A stretch of 64,000 nucleotides of DNA from the NCBI GenBank assembly GCA_020635955.1, contig JACJYW010000004.1, forward strand, positions 402,702 through 466,701, written 5' to 3'. The notes under the pieces were generated by a model that saw only the letters and a list, made by a program, of their open reading frames with translations, searched no databases and was not told the origin of the DNA. Origin of the DNA: Crocinitomicaceae bacterium (GTDB taxonomy: Bacteria > Bacteroidota > Bacteroidia > Flavobacteriales_D > Crocinitomicaceae). The translations under genes were made by a program, and so were the position numbers. Positions 59,985-64,000 of the stretch are shown piece after piece. Every line of letters starts with the position of its first letter. Position 1 is the first letter of the stretch.

Positions 59985-61838
59985 ATGGAAATAACAGCAG
60001 ATGTAAAAAAGATTGATGACATAAGTAGTTACTTCTTCGAAGTCCCTGACTATCAAAGAGAATATGTTTGGCAACCAGATGATCAAGTTGAGCAATTCAT
60101 AATAGATATAGACAACGAGTACACTGAAATACATGCTAATCAAAAGAGTTATTTCCTAGGTTCTATGATCATTGTTGAAAATTCAAAAACAGGCAGATAT
60201 GATGTTATTGACGGACAACAAAGATTAACAACTATAATTCTAGCGCTTTGTGCATTCAGAAATATTTTAGATGAATACAGACAATCAAATCCACTAAATG
60301 AAGTTGCCACTGAATACTTTAAAAGGGTTAAGGAATTGTTGTATGAGTTTAATATGGAAAATAATTCTCGTCAAACAAGATTGGAGCTTCAGTATGATGA
60401 TAGTAAAACTTTCTTGAATGATTTAATTGAGTCGCGACTTTATGCAGGCGATAAAACTTCATCCATTAATAAAATGAATGGAGCATATTCCAAGTTAAAA
60501 AATCATTTTTCCGGATACCTCAACGAAAGTATCGATAAACTGACCGAGTACCTTAGGTATTTCTTATTAAAAATTGAGTTGGTTATTATAGAGTCCGAAG
60601 ATTTGGGTAGCGCACTAAAAATTTTTGAAACAATTAATCAAAGAGGATCAGGTTTGAATGCTATGGATCTAGTTAAAAACTTGATTTTTTCATATACAGA
60701 TGAAGCAAACTTCGAACTAGTAAAAAATATTTGGAAGGACCTTAACGAATATTTGGAGGAATGTAATGAACAAAAACCTTTAAGATTCTTGAGATATTTC
60801 TTAATGGCCCGTTATCATGACGGAATTATTAGAGAGGATGAGATATATAAATGGATAATCTCAGAAGGAAGAAATCAAATCGGTTATGAGCAAAACCCTG
60901 TCCAATTTGCAAAAGAATTAAAAAACTCTGCGAAGCGATATTCTGATCTAGTTATTGCTACAGAATCTTACACGAATGGAAGTCAAATGTTTCCGCATGT
61001 TTGCAATATTGGATTCATTAATAAATTTAAATCAAGGCAACACCTTGTTCTTTTATTAGCACCAAATGATCAAACATCTAATGCAGATATAGATTACCTG
61101 GCAAAGCAAATTGAAAGTTTCTATTTATTTGCCGTAATGCAAAGATTGCAGGCTAAATATTTGGAAGGAACATTTGCCAATTGGGCTTCCAAGCTAAGAA
61201 ATACTTCTTCAAGATCAGAAATTGAAAATGTTGTTAATGCTACCATTAAAGAACGTCTTTCTAGAGATTATGGAGTCATAAGAAGTAACTTCAATTCGAG
61301 ATTAGACACTGAAATTGCTCCACTCTATCATGTGCGATTCATCTTAGGTAAAATCGAAAACTACCTAAGGGAAAAAGCTAATTTACCTACGGAATCTATA
61401 TCCTTTTTTGATCAGATGCAGGTAGAACATATTTTACCTCAATCTCCCTTAGATGGCGAATTAACTGAAGAATTTAACGATTGGGATGACTATTGGTACA
61501 CTGTGCATTCTATTGGGAATATTACCTTGGTTGAAAGTCAAATTAATCAGGCTATCAACAGTTATAACGACCTTAACGGTTCCTGGTATGAAGATAAATA
61601 CAGTGAGTACATAAACTCTAATATTTTTATGACTAAAATGCTAAATCCTAATTTTGGTATTGGAAATCAAACTGGAGTGAATAGATTGATTCAATCATCT
61701 GGTTATCAATTTGTGGATTGGAATAAAATGAGTATAAAGAAGAGATCTACTATTCTTTTTGATCTGGCTAAAAAGATTTGGACCATTAATGATCATGTAC
61801 TTGAACCTCATGAAGAACCTGTAAACGAAGAGGAATAA
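59985..61838 (+). CDS. GmrSD-type (DUF262 + DUF1524 HNH) putative modification-dependent restriction endonuclease
   Basis: VPDYQREYVW, IDGQQRLTT, FETINQRG, EHILPQ, IGNITLV. Confidence 0.88.
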   Translation: MEITADVKKIDDISSYFFEVPDYQREYVWQPDDQVEQFIIDIDNEYTEIHANQKSYFLGSMIIVENSKTGRYDVIDGQQRLTTIILALCAFRNILDEYRQSNPLNEVATEYFKRVKELLYEFNMENNSRQTRLELQYDDSKTFLNDLIESRLYAGDKTSSINKMNGAYSKLKNHFSGYLNESIDKLTEYLRYFLLKIELVIIESEDLGSALKIFETINQRGSGLNAMDLVKNLIFSYTDEANFELVKNIWKDLNEYLEECNEQKPLRFLRYFLMARYHDGIIREDEIYKWIISEGRNQIGYEQNPVQFAKELKNSAKRYSDLVIATESYTNGSQMFPHVCNIGFINKFKSRQHLVLLLAPNDQTSNADIDYLAKQIESFYLFAVMQRLQAKYLEGTFANWASKLRNTSSRSEIENVVNATIKERLSRDYGVIRSNFNSRLDTEIAPLYHVRFILGKIENYLREKANLPTESISFFDQMQVEHILPQSPLDGELTEEFNDWDDYWYTVHSIGNITLVESQINQAINSYNDLNGSWYEDKYSEYINSNIFMTKMLNPNFGIGNQTGVNRLIQSSGYQFVDWNKMSIKKRSTILFDLAKKIWTINDHVLEPHEEPVNEEE

Positions 61839-61842
61839 AATT

Positions 61843-63501
61843 ATGGCCAAGAAACAATCAGCCAAAGCCGACATAGATTTCGAAAACGAACTCTGGAAAG
61901 CCGCCAACGAATTGCGCGGAGCCGTTGCGGAGAACCAATACAAAGACTACGTACTCTCGTTGATCTTCTTAAAACACATGTCTGAACGCTATGAAGCCAG
62001 GCGTGATGAATTGAAGCAGCAATTAGAAGACAAGAAATCTGAATACTATACCCAATCAGAAGAAGAAAGACAATTCGTTTTGGAAGACCCGGACGAATAC
62101 ATTTCAAAGAATACCTACATCTTACCTAAAGAAGCTACCTGGGAATACCTAAAAGAAAATGCAGAGCAAGATGACATTAAAGTAAAAGTAGATGACGCTT
62201 TTGATTTGATGGATGATGCAATTGCGCAGTACAGAGATGACTTGAAAGGAATATTGCCAAGAATATTTGTAAAAAGCCAGTTGACGGCAGTTCAGGTAAG
62301 AGGATTGATCAATTTATTCTCACACAAAAAGTTCTCTGAAAGAGAAAACCCTGAGAGTGACATTTTAGGACGTATTTACGAATACTACATTGGACGTTTT
62401 GCCATTGCAGAAGGTTCAGGTGCCGGACAGTTCTTTACACCGGGCAGTATTGTGCGCTTATTGGTAGAGATGTTAGAACCTTATGAAGGAAAGATCTTTG
62501 ATGCTGCATGTGGTTCTGGTGGAATGTTTGTGCAATCATTAAAGTTCTTAGAATCTCATGGCGGAGACAAAAAGAACATTTCCATTTATGGGCAAGAACG
62601 TTATGACGGTACTTTGCGATTGTGTAAAATGAACCTGGCTTTGCGTGATCTTTCATTTGATGTGCGCATTGGAGACTCTTTGTTGAATGACCGATTCCCA
62701 GATTTAAAAGCAGATTTCATTTTGGCCAATCCTCCTTTTAATGTGGACTCTTGGCACCCTGAAGAATTATCGGATAACGACCCGCGTTTGTTTGGACCCA
62801 AAGAAGAATTCACCACAGATGGCAACGCCAATTATATGTGGATGCAGACCTTTTGGAGCCATTTAAGTGATAAAGGAACGGCCGGAATTGTAATGGCCAA
62901 TGGCGCCATGACCTCCAATAACAAAGGAGAGAAAAATGTGCGCCAACACATGGTTGACAATAATATGATTGACTGCATTGTGCGTTTACCAGACAAGCTC
63001 TTTTTAACCACAGGTATACCCGCTTGTATTTTCTTTTTGAGTAAAAACCGTGATGGAAAAGATGGCCTGCACCGTAAACGGATGAATGAGATCTTGTTCA
63101 TTGATGCCTCTAAAATGGGTGAAATGGCCAGCCGAAAATTGCGCGTGTTCAATGATGATACCATTGAAAAGATAACGGATACCTATCACAATTGGCGAAA
63201 CCTCCCATCTAGTGAGCCTCCTTCTGAGGGTCACACTGAGCCTGTCGAAGTGCCGAAAGAAGGACAAACGAACGGAACCTACGAAAACGAACTAGGCTTC
63301 TGCTACTCAGCTTCATTAGAAGAAGTGCAAAAACAAGATTACAAACTCACTCCGGGTATTTATGTAGGGACAGAAGCTGAAGAAGATGACGGTATCCCAT
63401 TTGAAGAAAAAATGGCGGATTTGAAAGCAACTTTATCGGAGCAGTTTGAGAAATCAAATGAATTACAAAAAGTGATTGAAGCGAATTTTGAGAAGATTTG
63501 A
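61843..63501 (+). CDS. hsdM: Type I restriction-modification methyltransferase subunit M
   Basis: LWKAANELRG, GQFFTP, DAACGSGG, ANPPFN, LFIDAS, LTPGIYVG. Confidence 0.93.
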   Translation: MAKKQSAKADIDFENELWKAANELRGAVAENQYKDYVLSLIFLKHMSERYEARRDELKQQLEDKKSEYYTQSEEERQFVLEDPDEYISKNTYILPKEATWEYLKENAEQDDIKVKVDDAFDLMDDAIAQYRDDLKGILPRIFVKSQLTAVQVRGLINLFSHKKFSERENPESDILGRIYEYYIGRFAIAEGSGAGQFFTPGSIVRLLVEMLEPYEGKIFDAACGSGGMFVQSLKFLESHGGDKKNISIYGQERYDGTLRLCKMNLALRDLSFDVRIGDSLLNDRFPDLKADFILANPPFNVDSWHPEELSDNDPRLFGPKEEFTTDGNANYMWMQTFWSHLSDKGTAGIVMANGAMTSNNKGEKNVRQHMVDNNMIDCIVRLPDKLFLTTGIPACIFFLSKNRDGKDGLHRKRMNEILFIDASKMGEMASRKLRVFNDDTIEKITDTYHNWRNLPSSEPPSEGHTEPVEVPKEGQTNGTYENELGFCYSASLEEVQKQDYKLTPGIYVGTEAEEDDGIPFEEKMADLKATLSEQFEKSNELQKVIEANFEKI

Positions 63502-64000
63502 AAAGGAAATTTGAATTCATAAAAAAAGAAATTGAATCTAACCGTATTGGATTTATAAGTGGATTGCTTATTGCCGGATTGTATTTTGTTGCACCCGGGG
63601 TCTTAAATTATTTTGTCCAATGGTTCGATAATATATTCTTGTCACATTTGATCTCAGGATCGAGACTAGATTGGGTTTGCTATCTTTCATTATTTGTTAT
63701 TGCAGCATGGACATTAAGATCAATCTACACAGCAAAAGATGTTTCACTAACAGTTTTTTTTCATCTGACGTTATTGTATTTCTTGTATTTAATAGATGAA
63801 AATTATTTTCATCACTGGGATTACCATGAAAATTATCTGCAGCATAAATTCTATGGTAAATATGCACATCCGCTGGATTTTACTGTTTTTCCATTAGTCC
63901 TAGGATTTCTATTTATCAAGTTGGTTAATGGTTTCCCTCATGAAAAAGAGACAGATTCGGAAAAGGGATTCATATTAGATAAATTTGAAAGAGATAAGGA
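63498..64000 (+). CDS. Multi-TM protein, partial (possibly the N-terminus of a KAP-family NTPase)
   Basis: Not in the ORF track. The TTG start overlaps the hsdM stop and the frame is open to the window end, with ~4 hydrophobic segments then KGFILDKFERDK. KAP assignment is inference from architecture and context. Confidence 0.5.
   Translation, partial: MKRKFEFIKKEIESNRIGFISGLLIAGLYFVAPGVLNYFVQWFDNIFLSHLISGSRLDWVCYLSLFVIAAWTLRSIYTAKDVSLTVFFHLTLLYFLYLIDENYFHHWDYHENYLQHKFYGKYAHPLDFTVFPLVLGFLFIKLVNGFPHEKETDSEKGFILDKFERDK

Overview
AT-rich chromosomal segment from a Bacteroidota bacterium, probably Flavobacteriales. Support for this: T9SS C-terminal sorting domains, TAnnTTTG promoters and flavobacterial REP-type palindromes. 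The left ~32 kb is mostly housekeeping (folE, bioB-bioF-bioD, obgE, adk, clpB, mgtE, pabB-like, tilS, tex), with inserted small genes and a LytS/LytTR two-component system. The right half is accessory: CHAT/TPR and PP2C signalling proteins, a cytochrome P460-like protein, a CASTOR/POLLUX-like channel, a cluster of T9SS cargo proteins, and the start of a defence island (GmrSD-type nuclease, type I HsdM, membrane protein). The most unusual signal is non-coding. Between 42.4 and 59.1 kb there are co-oriented ~175-215 bp elements from at least four sequence families. They share one long bulged-hairpin fold plus a terminal hairpin/pseudoknot, are nested inside one another, and receive 20-24 nt mini-hairpin insertions at defined sites. 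Neighbouring DNA carries a strand-biased C/A-rich, G-poor signature. No transposase, integrase, reverse transcriptase, rRNA, tRNA or CRISPR array was seen. All calls come from reading the sequence by eye; no database searches were run.
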